Program-made: the position numbers and the translations under genes
The notes under the pieces: model-generated
What the model was told of the DNA's origin: nothing
The model's input: the letters and a program-made list of their open reading frames with translations, nothing else
The model's database searches: none
Assembly: GCF_000012545.1 (NCBI RefSeq)
Contig: NC_007681.1
Coordinates: 1,530,001-1,562,000, forward strand
Direction of reading: 5' to 3'
From: Methanosphaera stadtmanae DSM 3091
Lineage (GTDB): Archaea > Methanobacteriota > Methanobacteria > Methanobacteriales > Methanobacteriaceae
DNA: 32,000 nucleotides
Shown: in pieces, positions 1 to 10,767 of the stretch
How positions within the stretch are numbered: the stretch's first letter is position 1
How the letters are laid out: each line of letters opens with the position of its first letter

Positions 1-35
1 GATTAATAACACCAGAAGATTCAGATATTGAATTA

Positions 36-1069
<1,034 letters not shown>

Positions 1070-1082
<13 letters not shown>

Positions 1083-1104
1083 GGTTCACATCAATTCTTT
1101 TTTT
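1070..1104 (+). terminator. Putative tfb terminator: 6-bp hairpin enclosing the stop codon, then T7
   Basis: tgtgaa (1070-1075) pairs with ttcaca (1085-1090). The TAA stop (1080-1082) lies in the loop, and a T7 run follows at 1098-1104. Oligo-T is the established archaeal termination signal. Confidence 0.4.
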
Positions 1105-1198
1105 ATATAATTTCAACTATTTTTTAAAATATTAATTTAAAATAAGCATTTTTTCTAAAAAGAATAATAAAAAAAATAGAAAAGTGAATTTATTCTAT

Positions 1199-1396
1199 TT
1201 AGAATGGTTTTAAAAATACCATGACTACATATATTAATACAAATACAATTACAATTCCAAATAGTATTTTTCTTTGTTTTGCAACTTGTTTTTGTTTTAA
1301 TTGATATTGTTCTTGACATTTATCTGAACAAAATGATTCAGTTAGTGGTATTGGTTTTCCACATATTGCACAATGTCTATGAGCTTCAACTACCAT
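1199..1396 (-). CDS. Small zinc-ribbon protein with C-terminal transmembrane helix (DUF2116-like)
   Basis: The track ORF 1199-1483 overlaps the pyrH 3' end. Internal ATG 1394-1396 is preceded by GGAGGT (1405-1410) at 8-nt spacing and sits just after the pyrH stop (1416). Product MVVEAHRHCAICGKPIPLTESFCSDKCQ... has a CxxC...CxxxC ribbon and the hydrophobic tail ILFGIVIVFVLIYVVMVF. Confidence 0.6.
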   Translation of the reverse strand: MVVEAHRHCAICGKPIPLTESFCSDKCQEQYQLKQKQVAKQRKILFGIVIVFVLIYVVMVFLKPF

Positions 1397-1415
1397 ATAA
1401 ATATACCTCCTTTTT

Positions 1416-2087
1416 TTATTCAGTGATGAGTGTTCCAATTGGTTGTGTAATTGCTGTTTTAACATTTTCAGGAGTGTTACCATTTACAATTACTGTTTTT
1501 ATTTTAGAACGTTTAATAATTTGAATTGCTGTTTTATCAATAAATTCATATGTTCCTGCTTTTGTATCATTATCAGATACTATTTCCATTAATTTATCAG
1601 CAGAAACTTCAGAAAACATTTGAGCATCATTATATTTATTAGGATCCTTATCATATAATCCATCTACACTAGTAGCATTTATTACTAAATCAGCACCAAC
1701 ATATTCTGCAAGAATACTTCCAACTGCATCTGTACTATGTGCAGGTTCTGTTCCACCCATTACAACAATTTTACCTGTAGCAGAAAATTCTAGTGCTTGT
1801 TGGAAATTTACAGGTATTGCTGGATAGGACACATCTTTTAGAGCTAGTTGTAATAATCTAGCATTTATTCTTGTAACTTGTATTCCTATTTCATCACATA
1901 TGGATTCTGTTTCACCCATATCTCTAACTACACTTATGTAATCACGTGCTGGTCTTCCACCACCAACTACTATAAATATTTCATGATCTTCATTGATTTG
2001 TCTGATTATTTTAGCATAATCTTCAAATTTCTTATTATCATATTCTTTTAATAGGATTGATCCCCCAATTGTAATAACTATACGCAT
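1416..2087 (-). CDS. pyrH: Uridylate (UMP) kinase, archaeal type
   Basis: 223-aa amino-acid-kinase fold. Recognised blocks are [35 protein letters not shown] and VDGLYDKDP. Length matches archaeal PyrH. Confidence 0.85.
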
Positions 2088-2529
2088 TCACTCGACTCCA
2101 AATAATATATTTATTTTTCCAAAAAAGTTTTTTTTGTAAATATCTTCAATTAATCTGAAAATAATAATTTAAAATAATTTACTATTAGTATAATTTATCT
2201 TCTAAATTATTGATATATTTATCTAATATAATCAAAATAATAAAATAAGATAAAAAACATAGATATATAATAATGTATAAAAACTTCTAGAAAATAGTCA
2301 TATACATATAAAACAATTTTTTTACAACAATATAAGTGGATTATATTGTAATCTCCAAATTAGAAAGTAAAGGTTACGATAAAAATGAATATATAACAAA
2401 ATATTATGGGAATGTATAAAAAAAACTTGAAATGACTCCCTCCCATATTTAATATATTCTTATTAATCCCAGATAATTATTCTAATCAATATTAATTAAA
2501 TCACAACATTAATCAAAGAAGAGGATAAA

Positions 2530-3765
2530 ATGAGTGATGTATCATCAAAAGAAATATATGAAGTAAAAAAGACTCTTAAAGAGTTAGAAGATAAAAAAGG
2601 TAGAGGAACAGAACTTGTAAGTGTTTATATACCACCTGAAAAACAGATAAGTGATGTTGCAAAACAGATGCGTGATGAACTTGGACAAAGTGCAAACATT
2701 AAAAGTAAACAAACAAGAAAAAATGTACAATCAGCTATTGAAGTAATTATTCAAAGATTAAAATTATTCCCAAAACCACCAGAAAAGGGACTTGTAATGT
2801 TTGTGGGAATGATTCCAAAAGGTGGACCTGGTACTGAGAAAATGGAAACATATGTATTCCAACCACCTGAAGCTGTTCAAACATACACATACCACTGTGA
2901 TAGTCAGTTTTTTGTAGAACCTCTAAAACAAATTATTGAATATAAGGAAGTTTATGGTGTAGTAGTACTAGATCGTAAAGAATCTACAATTGCAACACTA
3001 AGAGGAAAAAGAATAGATATTATAAAACACTTAACTAGTGGTGTTCCAGGAAAACATAAAGCTGGAGGACAGTCACAAAGAAGATTTGACCGTGTGATTG
3101 AATTAGCTGCACATGAATTCCTTAAACGTATAGGAAGACACGTAGATGAAGCATTTCTTCCATTAAAAGATGAACTTAAGGGTGTTCTTATTGGTGGACC
3201 AGGCCATACTAAAAATGATTTTGTTGATGGAGAGTATATACACTATGAAATTCATGATAAAATAATCAACATTGTTGACACATCATACACTGGAGATTTT
3301 GGTATAAGAGAAGTTATTGATGAATCTGCAGATACACTTGATGAAATGGATATTATGCAAGAGAAGAAGTTCATGAGAAAATTCCTTACAGGACTTATAT
3401 CTGAAAGTGGACTTTCAACTTATGGTGAAAAAGAAGTAAGACAAAATCTTCAAATGGGTGCTGTTGAAACATTACTCATATCTGAAAATCTTAAAAGTAA
3501 AAGACAAACCTACACTTGTCCTGCATGTAATACAGTAGATGTTATAACTACTAGACAACATCAAGAACCTCCAGAAAAAAGATGTCCTAAATGTAATGAA
3601 GTTATGAAAATAACTAAAACACAAGAAACTGCTGAAGAATTAATAGAATTGGCCGAAGAAGTTAAAACACATGTTGAAGTTATTTCTATAGAAACCGAAG
3701 AAGGAACTCAACTTGATAAGGCATTTGGTGGAATTGCTGGTATTTTAAGATATAAAGTAAAATAG
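2530..3765 (+). CDS. prf1: Peptide chain release factor subunit 1 (aRF1)
   Basis: 411 aa with a NIKS motif (aa 56-59) and the GGQ motif in [12 protein letters not shown] (aa 179-181). AGAGGA lies upstream of the ATG. A Cys4 insert occupies aa 330-355. Confidence 0.95.
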   Translation: MSDVSSKEIYEVKKTLKELEDKKGRGTELVSVYIPPEKQISDVAKQMRDELGQSANIKSKQTRKNVQSAIEVIIQRLKLFPKPPEKGLVMFVGMIPKGGPGTEKMETYVFQPPEAVQTYTYHCDSQFFVEPLKQIIEYKEVYGVVVLDRKESTIATLRGKRIDIIKHLTSGVPGKHKAGGQSQRRFDRVIELAAHEFLKRIGRHVDEAFLPLKDELKGVLIGGPGHTKNDFVDGEYIHYEIHDKIINIVDTSYTGDFGIREVIDESADTLDEMDIMQEKKFMRKFLTGLISESGLSTYGEKEVRQNLQMGAVETLLISENLKSKRQTYTCPACNTVDVITTRQHQEPPEKRCPKCNEVMKITKTQETAEELIELAEEVKTHVEVISIETEEGTQLDKAFGGIAGILRYKVK

Positions 3766-3798
3766 ATTTACTTTATTCTATTTTTTACAATTTTTTTT
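3755..3798 (+). terminator. Putative aRF1 terminator: 7-bp hairpin enclosing the stop codon, then T6 and T8
   Basis: aagtaaa (3755-3761) pairs with tttactt (3767-3773). The TAG stop (3763-3765) is in the 5-nt loop. T6 follows at 3781-3786 and T8 at 3791-3798. Confidence 0.45.
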
Positions 3799-4014
3799 AA
3801 TGAATCTTTATGAAATTCATATTTATAAGATACTTTTTTATATTAAAACCTAAATTTTTCTATAAAAATCTAAAGAATCATTTTAACTAATTTTATTTTG
3901 AATAGTTCTAGATTATAATAAACTTAAATCAAAGGGCTAACTTAAGTATTATAGTTACTTACCTAATTATATAATAAATCATGAATTACTAGAGGTATTT
4001 ATTTATCATAGCAT

Positions 4015-4383
4015 TTAACATATTCTCATCTGTACAGAATCAATATCTTGAAACTCATCAATAAGAATATTTTTAAAACGAACATGTAATGCTATGTTTT
4101 GATTTTCATTTAATAATTCTAATGTTTTAATCTGTAATTGGTTGTAATCGAGGTAGTTATTTTCTTCAAGTAATTCAAAATTAAATCCAAATATTCTTGA
4201 CTTATAGGATACTTATTTTTAATGTATTCTATTAATCCTGAAGTATCAACATTAAAAGTATGCTTTGTACCATTTTAATAAGAATTATACTCTTTCTGTT
4301 AGTACCCTTGTTTTTCCAGTTCCATGATCTGCAGGTATTAACTTTGAAGGTTGATTATACTCCACTGCTTGTCTGATTTTTAT
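4015..4383 (-). pseudogene. Decayed fragment of a UvrD/Rep/PcrA-family (SF1) helicase gene
   Basis: A single minus-strand frame reads ...IRQAVEYNQPSKLIPADHGTGKTRVLTERV*...YLDYNQLQIKTLELLNENQNIALHVRFKNILIDEFQDIDSVQMRIC*. The Walker A/motif I codons are at 4309-4323 and the DExQD motif II (LIDEFQD) at 4045-4065. There are five internal in-frame stops and the sequence is truncated after motif II. Confidence 0.6.
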
Positions 4384-4740
4384 CTAGTTACATAATTATG
4401 TTAACCATCCACAAATTTTTTCTTAAATAGTTAATTCTATGTTAAGTCTAAATACTTAATACTAATAACTTGTAATGTGAATTTATTTTTCTTAGGCTAT
4501 TATCATTATTATATTGAAATTTTTTTTAAAATTCCTTTTGAAAAAAAAGGTACAAATTACTTCTTTAATTCTCAAAAATATCAATAATTAAAATAGTAGT
4601 TTTATAAGAAATAGTTTAAATAAATAAGACTCTATTTAATAATTTGAAGAGACTTCACTTAATTTATTTAAAAAATAGAATATTATCTACATGTCTTTTG
4701 TAATTAAATAAAATAATTCAAAAAATAATTCATAACTATT

Positions 4741-4880
4741 AAAATAAAAATCTAAAAATAAAAATCTAAAAATAAAAATCTAAAAATAAAAATCTAAAAA
4801 TAAAAATCTAAAAATAAAAATCTAAAAATAAAAATCTAAAAATAAAAATCTAAAAATAAAAATCTAAAAATAAAAATAAA
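4741..4880. repeat. Perfect 14-bp tandem repeat (aaaataaaaatcta) x9 plus one degenerate unit
   Basis: Nine identical head-to-tail units span 4741-4866, followed by a partial unit aaaataaaaataaa at 4867-4880. The array starts 28 nt beyond the 3' end of tRNA-Ser. Confidence 0.98.
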
Positions 4881-4907
4881 TAATTAATCTTTGTAAAATA
4901 AAGTTTA

Positions 4908-4991
<84 letters not shown>

Positions 4992-5074
4992 CTCTAAAAA
5001 AATAAAAAGAATAAAACTATTTGAAATCTATTACTATATATGATAGTAATAATTTATATAGTTTGTTATTTTAT

Positions 5075-5383
5075 CTATGCTTTAAGTTCTATTTCGATAC
5101 TTACATTATCAGGAACATTAACTTTCATAACTTGTCTCATTGCACGTTCATCTGCTTCAATTCCCACAAGACGTTTATGAATTCTTAATTCCCATTTTTC
5201 CCATGTTGCTTTACCTTCACCATCTGGACTTTTTCTAGTAGGTACTACTAATTTTTTAGTTGGTAAAGGAATAGGTCCTGATAAATCTACACCAGTTCTT
5301 TCAGCTATTTTTTTAAGTTGATTACATACATCAGCTATTTTTTCTGGATCTGTACCTGTTAATTTAATTCTAGCTTTGTTCAT
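5075..5383 (-). CDS. rps10: 30S ribosomal protein S10 (uS10)
   Basis: Sequence [24 protein letters not shown]...[19 protein letters not shown] is the typical S10 fold sequence. The track ORF starts at 5428, but GGGAGA (5390-5395) lies 6 nt upstream of ATG 5381-5383, giving about 102 aa. Confidence 0.9.
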   Translation of the reverse strand: MNKARIKLTGTDPEKIADVCNQLKKIAERTGVDLSGPIPLPTKKLVVPTRKSPDGEGKATWEKWELRIHKRLVGIEADERAMRQVMKVNVPDNVSIEIELKA

Positions 5384-5525
5384 ATTCATTCTCCCTAATA
5401 AAACCTTTTCATATCGATTATCCAACAACTTATATTATATTCAAAAAAATTTACATGAATAGTATTTACTATATGATAAACTTAAGTTTATTAAAAATAG
5501 TATCATTATGGGATATCGATTAATT

Positions 5526-5559
5526 AAAAAAAAATTAATAAGTAAAAATTAATTTACTT
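5526..5559 (-). terminator. Putative tuf terminator: 7-bp hairpin overlapping the stop codon, then T9
   Basis: On the minus-strand RNA, aagtaaa/tttactt (5540-5546 / 5553-5559) includes the TAA stop (5558-5560). A run of nine T follows 5 nt later (plus-strand A9 at 5526-5534). Confidence 0.5.
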
Positions 5560-6799
5560 ATTTTGCATCAGTAATGTCTATACACATTCCTGCTGCTACG
5601 GTTTGACCCATATCACGGATAGCGAATCTTCCCATGTGAGGAATTTCTTTGATGTTTTCAATTACCATAGGTTTTGTTGGTTTAATGGTAACTAAAGCTG
5701 CATCTCCTGTTTTAAGGAAGTCAGGGTTTTCTTCTTTAGGTTGTCCTGTTGCAGGATCTAATTTTACATCTAAGGATAAGAAAGTACATGCAACTTGTGC
5801 TGTGTGTGCGTGGAATACAGGTGTGTATCCAACTGTCATTACACCAGGATGTTGTAATACAACGATTTGTGCTTTGAATTCTTTAGCTACACTAGGAGGG
5901 TTTTGTGTTGTACCAGCAACGTCTCCTCTTTTAATATCGTTTTTACCTACACCTCTTACGTTGAATCCAACGTTGTCTCCAGGTTCTGCTTTGTCAAGAA
6001 CTTCGTGGTGCATTTCAATAGATTTTACTTCACCAGTTACTCCAGCTGGTTCAAATGCTATGTTTTCAGCTGTTTTTAATATACCAGTTTCAATTCTTCC
6101 TACAGGTACTGTACCTACACCAGTAATGGAGTATACATCTTGAATAGGTAATCTTAATGGTAAGTCTACAGGTTTATCTGGTTCATCTAATGCATCTAAT
6201 TCTTGTACAAGAGTGTTTCCTTTGTACCAAGGTGTGTTTGAACTTTTCTCAGAGATGTTATCTCCTTCAAATGCAGATACTGGTATGAAAGGTACGTCTG
6301 AAGGTTTAAATCCTACTGTTGAGATTAAAGCTCCTAATTCTTCTTTTAATTCATTGAATTTATCTTCAGAGTAGTCTACTACATCCATTTTGTTAATTGC
6401 AATAATTAATTGGTTTATACCAAGGGTTCTTGATAAGAAGATGTGTTCTTTTGTTTGTGGCATGATACCGTCGTTTGCTGCTACTACAAGAACTGCTGCG
6501 TCTGCTTGTGATGCACCAGTAATCATGTTTTTAACAAAGTCACGGTGTCCTGGACAATCTACTACAGTGTATTCGTATTTTTGTGTTTCGAATTTAGCGT
6601 GAGCAAGATCTATAGTTACTCCTCTTTCTCTTTCTTCACCGAGTTTATCCATAACAAATCTGAATTTGTCTTCTCCTTCATCTAATTGTTGTTCAGCAAT
6701 AGCTCCTTCTAATAATAAAAGGTGTCCTACTAATGTTGATTTTCCGTGGTCTACGTGACCAATAAATGCTAAGTTCATGTGTGTTTTTTCTTTTGCCAT
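5558..6799 (-). CDS. tuf: Translation elongation factor 1-alpha (aEF-1A / EF-Tu)
   Basis: 413 aa with GTPase motifs [17 protein letters not shown] and NKMD. The full length is recognisable as archaeal EF-1 alpha. Confidence 0.98.
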   Translation of the reverse strand: MAKEKTHMNLAFIGHVDHGKSTLVGHLLLLEGAIAEQQLDEGEDKFRFVMDKLGEERERGVTIDLAHAKFETQKYEYTVVDCPGHRDFVKNMITGASQADAAVLVVAANDGIMPQTKEHIFLSRTLGINQLIIAINKMDVVDYSEDKFNELKEELGALISTVGFKPSDVPFIPVSAFEGDNISEKSSNTPWYKGNTLVQELDALDEPDKPVDLPLRLPIQDVYSITGVGTVPVGRIETGILKTAENIAFEPAGVTGEVKSIEMHHEVLDKAEPGDNVGFNVRGVGKNDIKRGDVAGTTQNPPSVAKEFKAQIVVLQHPGVMTVGYTPVFHAHTAQVACTFLSLDVKLDPATGQPKEENPDFLKTGDAALVTIKPTKPMVIENIKEIPHMGRFAIRDMGQTVAAGMCIDITDAK

Positions 6800-6870
6800 T
6801 ATATATCCTCCATAATTAAAACATGTATTGAATATAATATATAAATCAGGAACTATTAGAAAATAGTATG

Positions 6871-6880
6871 ATTTATAAAG
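6871..6880 (-). promoter_or_regulatory. Candidate TATA box for tuf-rps10
   Basis: Minus strand reads ctttataaat, 72 nt upstream of the tuf ATG. It follows the fusA terminator, so tuf needs its own promoter. AT-rich context means many alternatives exist. Confidence 0.3.
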
Positions 6881-7149
6881 TGTTAGTAAGCCGATTGCTA
6901 GATTATATCTAGAGAACGTCCCCTAACAAAGTAATAAAGAAATATACTGTACTATTGTACTACAAAGAAATATAACCAGGGAATAGTTATATTCCCTTGT
7001 AAAATAACATATTTCTTTTTATTATCTTTAATTACTTAATAAATTACAATAATTTCCTAAACTTAAATGAAGTTTAGATATATAAAATTATCTTTTATTA
7101 AATAAACTATATATATTTTTTTATTAATATACTTTTTAGTATTTAATTT

Positions 7150-7180
7150 AAAAAAAAGTATACGAAAAAGAAGTATACTT
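7150..7180 (-). terminator. Putative fusA terminator: 8-bp hairpin overlapping the stop codon, then T-run
   Basis: aagtatac (7156-7163) pairs with gtatactt (7173-7180) around a 9-nt loop. The stop TAA (7179-7181) is inside the stem. On the minus strand the stem runs straight into further T residues (plus-strand A8 at 7150-7157). Confidence 0.5.
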
Positions 7181-9371
7181 ATCCTAAGTAGTGGTCAGGT
7201 CCATATGGTTCTGGAGTTAGACCTTTTCTTTCACGTATTTCTTTTACGATTTTGTTTTGTAATTCTCTTGGGATTCTTTCAAATCCAGAGTTTTCAGTAG
7301 ACCAAATACAACGTCCTTCTGCTGCTGATCTTATATCTCCAGCAAATCCAAACATTTCTGAAACAGGTACTTTAGATTCAATAGTAGACATATCTCCTTC
7401 TTGACCCATTTCTACAATTTGTCCTCTTCTGTTTTGTACTTCACGAGTTGCTGCACCCATGTAATCTTGAGGTACACTTATGTATACTTTTTGCATTGGT
7501 TCCATTAATGTTGGTTGTGCTAACATTATTGCTCCATATACTGCTTTTCTTATAGCAGGTAATACTTGTGCTGGTCCTCTGTGTACTGCATCTTCGTGTA
7601 TTTTTGCATCCATGAGACTTATTTTTATTCCCATAGCTTTTTCATTTGCAAGTGGTCCATCATCTAATGCACTTTCAAATCCTTCCATTAATAACTCTTT
7701 AATTTCATCTAAGTATTGAATACCACGAGTTTTATTTACAAATATACTGTGTTTGTATACATCCCATACTTTTTTAGCTTCATCTTTGTCAAGACCATGT
7801 TCTTGGAATGTTTTAGCTAATTCTTTACCTTTTACTCTTCCTTCTGGGATTTCTCCTTCAGAAATAGCATTCATTAAATCATCAGATAATGGTTCAATAT
7901 CTATGTAGAATCTGTTATGTTTGTTAGGTGATTTTCCTTCAACATTTGTTGCTGTACCTGCAATAGTTTCTCTGTATACTACAATAGGTTCAGATGTTTC
8001 TACTTCTAATCCTTTATCATTAATTCTGTAGATAATAACTTCTAAGTGTAATTCACCCATACCAGCAATTAAGTGTTCACCAGTTTCTTCGTTAATTTCT
8101 ACTCTTAATGTTGGGTCTTCTTTACCAACTTGTCTTAATACTTCAATAAGTTTTGGTAAATCTTTTGTGTTTTTAGCTTCTACTGCTACTGTTACTACTG
8201 GTTCAGATATGTGTTCTAAACTTTCAAATGGTGCTATGTTATGGTCTGCATCTGTAATTGTTTCCCCTGCAATAGCTCCTCTTGCACCAGTAATTGCTAC
8301 AATATTACCTGCTGGAACTGAGTCTGTATTAATTCTTTCAGGACCCATATATACTCCAACTTGTTGGGTTCTTGCTTTACTCATTGAACCTACAAAGAAT
8401 ATTTCTGAACCTTTTTCAATTGATCCACCATATACACGACCAGTTGCTATTTCACCAGCGTGTTTATCAATACTTACATCTGTTACCATTACTGCAAGTG
8501 GTGATGTTGAATCAGTTGCAATCATACCTTGTCCTTCTACAGATTCTATATCTCCAGACCAGATTTTAGGTACCCTGTATTCTTGTGCAACTTTTGGACT
8601 TGGTAAGTGTTCTACTACCATACCAAGAATTACTTCTTCAATTTTAATTTTTTGAGCTAATTCTTTTTGGTTGTCTTCATTACAGTATTGGATAATATCT
8701 TTGAAAGTAATGTTTGTTTTTAACATTTCAGGTACGTTAATTGCCCAGTTATGATATGCTGAACCGAATGCTACTGTACCATCTTCAATTTTTACTTGCC
8801 ATTCTGTTTTGTATTGTTCAGGAGCCATGTTTTTGATGAGTTTGTTTACTCCTGCAATAATTTTTACAAATCTGTTTTGTAATTCAGCATCATCAAGTTT
8901 TAATTCATTTATTAATCTATCTACTTTGTTAATAAAGAGAACAGGTCTTACATTTTCTTTTAAAGCTTGTCTTAATACTGTTTCTGTTTGAGGCATTACA
9001 CCTTCTACTGCACATACAACTACTACAGCTCCATCTACAGCTCTCATTGCACGGGTTACGTCTCCACCAAAGTCTACGTGTCCTGGTGTATCAATAAGGT
9101 TGATAAGGTATTCGTTATCTTCATAACTGTGTACCATTGATACGTTTGCTGCATCAATAGTAATTCCTCTTTCTTGTTCTTGTTCATCAAAATCAAGGAA
9201 TCTTTGATCTCCTGCTAATTCAGAAGATATCATTCCTGCTGCTGCAAGAAGGTTATCTGATAATGTTGTTTTACCATGGTCAATGTGTGCTACTATACCA
9301 ATGTTTCTAATATAGTCTGGCTTGTACATTAAATCTTTGATTTTTTTTACCATTTGATCTCGTCGACTCAA
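7179..9371 (-). CDS. fusA: Translation elongation factor 2 (aEF-2)
   Basis: Motifs [20 protein letters not shown] and NKVDR, plus the diphthamide-loop region HEDAVHRG. The track start (GTG 9378-9380) lies inside an AGGTGA Shine-Dalgarno (9377-9382). TTG 9369-9371, 5 nt downstream, gives [15 protein letters not shown]..., the N-terminus I recall for Methanobacteriales EF-2. Confidence 0.97.
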   Translation of the reverse strand: MSRRDQMVKKIKDLMYKPDYIRNIGIVAHIDHGKTTLSDNLLAAAGMISSELAGDQRFLDFDEQEQERGITIDAANVSMVHSYEDNEYLINLIDTPGHVDFGGDVTRAMRAVDGAVVVVCAVEGVMPQTETVLRQALKENVRPVLFINKVDRLINELKLDDAELQNRFVKIIAGVNKLIKNMAPEQYKTEWQVKIEDGTVAFGSAYHNWAINVPEMLKTNITFKDIIQYCNEDNQKELAQKIKIEEVILGMVVEHLPSPKVAQEYRVPKIWSGDIESVEGQGMIATDSTSPLAVMVTDVSIDKHAGEIATGRVYGGSIEKGSEIFFVGSMSKARTQQVGVYMGPERINTDSVPAGNIVAITGARGAIAGETITDADHNIAPFESLEHISEPVVTVAVEAKNTKDLPKLIEVLRQVGKEDPTLRVEINEETGEHLIAGMGELHLEVIIYRINDKGLEVETSEPIVVYRETIAGTATNVEGKSPNKHNRFYIDIEPLSDDLMNAISEGEIPEGRVKGKELAKTFQEHGLDKDEAKKVWDVYKHSIFVNKTRGIQYLDEIKELLMEGFESALDDGPLANEKAMGIKISLMDAKIHEDAVHRGPAQVLPAIRKAVYGAIMLAQPTLMEPMQKVYISVPQDYMGAATREVQNRRGQIVEMGQEGDMSTIESKVPVSEMFGFAGDIRSAAEGRCIWSTENSGFERIPRELQNKIVKEIRERKGLTPEPYGPDHYLG

Positions 9372-9557
9372 TAAAATCACCTAAATGTTAAATCTTAAAT
9401 TAATTAGTTTTTTTATTATTATTTAATTATTAGTTTAATACTTTATTAATTTTATTAAATTTAATTTAAAAATTATTTTTTTAAATCATCTAATAAATTT
9501 TTATAAATATCTTTTTTAAAAAAAATAAAAGAGAAAAAAGATAAGTAGTTTCAAAAT

Positions 9558-10121
9558 CTAGTGTGCGGATCTTGCTACTCTTTCTTTTTCTTCTTTTTTC
9601 TGTACAGCAAAGCTTCTTGAATCTTCATCTGATGCTAATAATATTTCATCAGCTAAACATTGAGCTGCTGATTTTTTATTTTTAAATGCAGATTGCATTG
9701 CACCTTTTGTAATAAATCCTAAAGAAAGGTCTACTCTTCTTTGTGGTGCTATATCTACTGCAATTTGGTATCCAATACCACCGTATTTGATACGTGTGGT
9801 TTCTTCCCTTGGTGCTGTGTTTTCTACAGCTTTTACTAAAACTTGAACAGGGTTTTGTTTGGTTTTATTGTTGATAATTTCTAAAGCATCTTCTACAATG
9901 GAGTATGCTTTATTTTTTTTACCACTGTTTCTTTCTGTTCTCATGATTTTATTCATGAGTCTTTCTACAATAGATACTTTAGATTTTGCAAATTGTCTTT
10001 TTACGTGACGTCCCATTGTGTGTGGTACAACAATTTCATCTAAACATACGTAGTTTTGTAATCCCATATCTTCTACTGTAACTTCTGTTACATCCCATTT
10101 ATCGAATAATTTAAAGCTCAT
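9558..10121 (-). CDS. rps7: 30S ribosomal protein S7 (uS7)
   Basis: 187 aa in the conserved position between S12 and EF-2. AAGGAG lies upstream of the ATG. S7-like blocks include VERLMNKIMRTERNSGKK and YQIAVDIAPQRRVD. Confidence 0.93.
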   Translation of the reverse strand: MSFKLFDKWDVTEVTVEDMGLQNYVCLDEIVVPHTMGRHVKRQFAKSKVSIVERLMNKIMRTERNSGKKNKAYSIVEDALEIINNKTKQNPVQVLVKAVENTAPREETTRIKYGGIGYQIAVDIAPQRRVDLSLGFITKGAMQSAFKNKKSAAQCLADEILLASDEDSRSFAVQKKEEKERVARSAH

Positions 10122-10149
10122 ATTAATTAAATCTCCTTAAATAAATTAA

Positions 10150-10575
10150 TTACCTTACAGGTTTTTCGATTTTTCCACTTACCATTTCAGATAAAGCTAC
10201 GTTGTTTACTTTTGTAACTTTCCATCTTACTCCAGGAATATCACCCATAGACCTACCTGATGGTCCACCTATTCCTTCAATCATTACTTCATCGTGTTCA
10301 TCGATAAAACCAATAGCTCCATCACCTGGTGCGAAAGCTGTAATTTGTTTACCGTTTTTAATTAATTGAACTCTTACACATTTTCTTATTGCAGAGTTAG
10401 GCTGTTTTGCTTCAATACCTACTTTTTCTATTACAATTCCTCTTGCTTGAGGTGATCCTTCTAGTGGATCTGCTTTTATGTTTAATCCGAGGGTTTTTCT
10501 TTTGTATTGTGTGTCTTTCCATCGGAAGTTTTGTCTGTTATCTTTTAATTTTTTTGCTGCAAATAATCCTGGCAA
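10150..10575 (-). CDS. rps12: 30S ribosomal protein S12 (uS12)
   Basis: 141 aa containing [13 protein letters not shown], the conserved S12 core. TTG start (10573-10575) with GGAGGA (10583-10588) 7 nt upstream. Confidence 0.95.
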   Translation of the reverse strand: MPGLFAAKKLKDNRQNFRWKDTQYKRKTLGLNIKADPLEGSPQARGIVIEKVGIEAKQPNSAIRKCVRVQLIKNGKQITAFAPGDGAIGFIDEHDEVMIEGIGGPSGRSMGDIPGVRWKVTKVNNVALSEMVSGKIEKPVR

Positions 10576-10767
10576 ATTTTATTCCTCCATTTATACTTTA
10601 TAAAATTTTTTTATTATTCTATTCAAAGTTATTTAAAAATACCACATGTACATTTAACACAGATGAAGTAGTGTAATTTACATGAAGTATTATTTAAATT
10701 TATGCTGTGTGCAATAATTTACATACTTTTCATTATAGTTTTTAGTATTAACTGAGTTTTTTTAAGA

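Noticed and set aside
1279-1524. Plus-strand 81-aa ORF, and the long 94-aa version (1199-1483) of the minus-strand zinc-ribbon ORF
   Set aside because: The plus ORF is antisense to the DUF2116-like gene and the pyrH 3' end. The 94-aa version overlaps pyrH by 68 nt, whereas an internal ATG with a GGAGGT RBS starts right after the pyrH stop.
2088-2529. 442-nt divergent pyrH/aRF1 intergenic region with weak inverted repeats (for example atggga ... tcccat around 2406-2445)
   Set aside because: The stems are short (6 bp) with long loops in AT-rich DNA, so they are indistinguishable from chance. This is most simply two divergent promoters.
3766-4740. Search for a duplicated tRNA-Ser 3' segment (att site) to prove an integrated element
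   Set aside because: No copy of the gatttgaacccat-type tRNA 3' half was seen in the interval, so integration is left only as a low-confidence hypothesis.
4741-4880. Tandem array considered as a CRISPR array
   Set aside because: The units are contiguous 14-mers with no spacers, far shorter than CRISPR repeats, and no cas genes are nearby.
5649-6602. Plus-strand ORFs 5649-6143, 5867-6079 and 6390-6602 inside tuf
   Set aside because: They are antisense shadow ORFs of a strongly conserved gene. The translations are low-complexity and Cys/Ser/Val/Phe-rich with no motifs or RBS.
6953-6966. 13-nt motif ttgtactacaaag shared between the fusA-tuf spacer and the tRNA-Asp leader (20422-20434)
   Set aside because: One copy lies upstream of the candidate TATA box and the other downstream of it, so the contexts differ. 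Chance 13-mer matches are expected many times in 32 kb of DNA this AT-rich.
7480-8991. Plus-strand ORFs 7480-7719, 8167-8655, 8372-8569 and 8809-8991 inside fusA
   Set aside because: They are antisense shadows of EF-2, with no recognisable domains and no independent start signals.
10407-10676. Plus-strand 89-aa ORF
   Set aside because: It is antisense to the rps12 5' half and runs into the promoter region. The translation is leucine/phenylalanine-rich low-complexity sequence.
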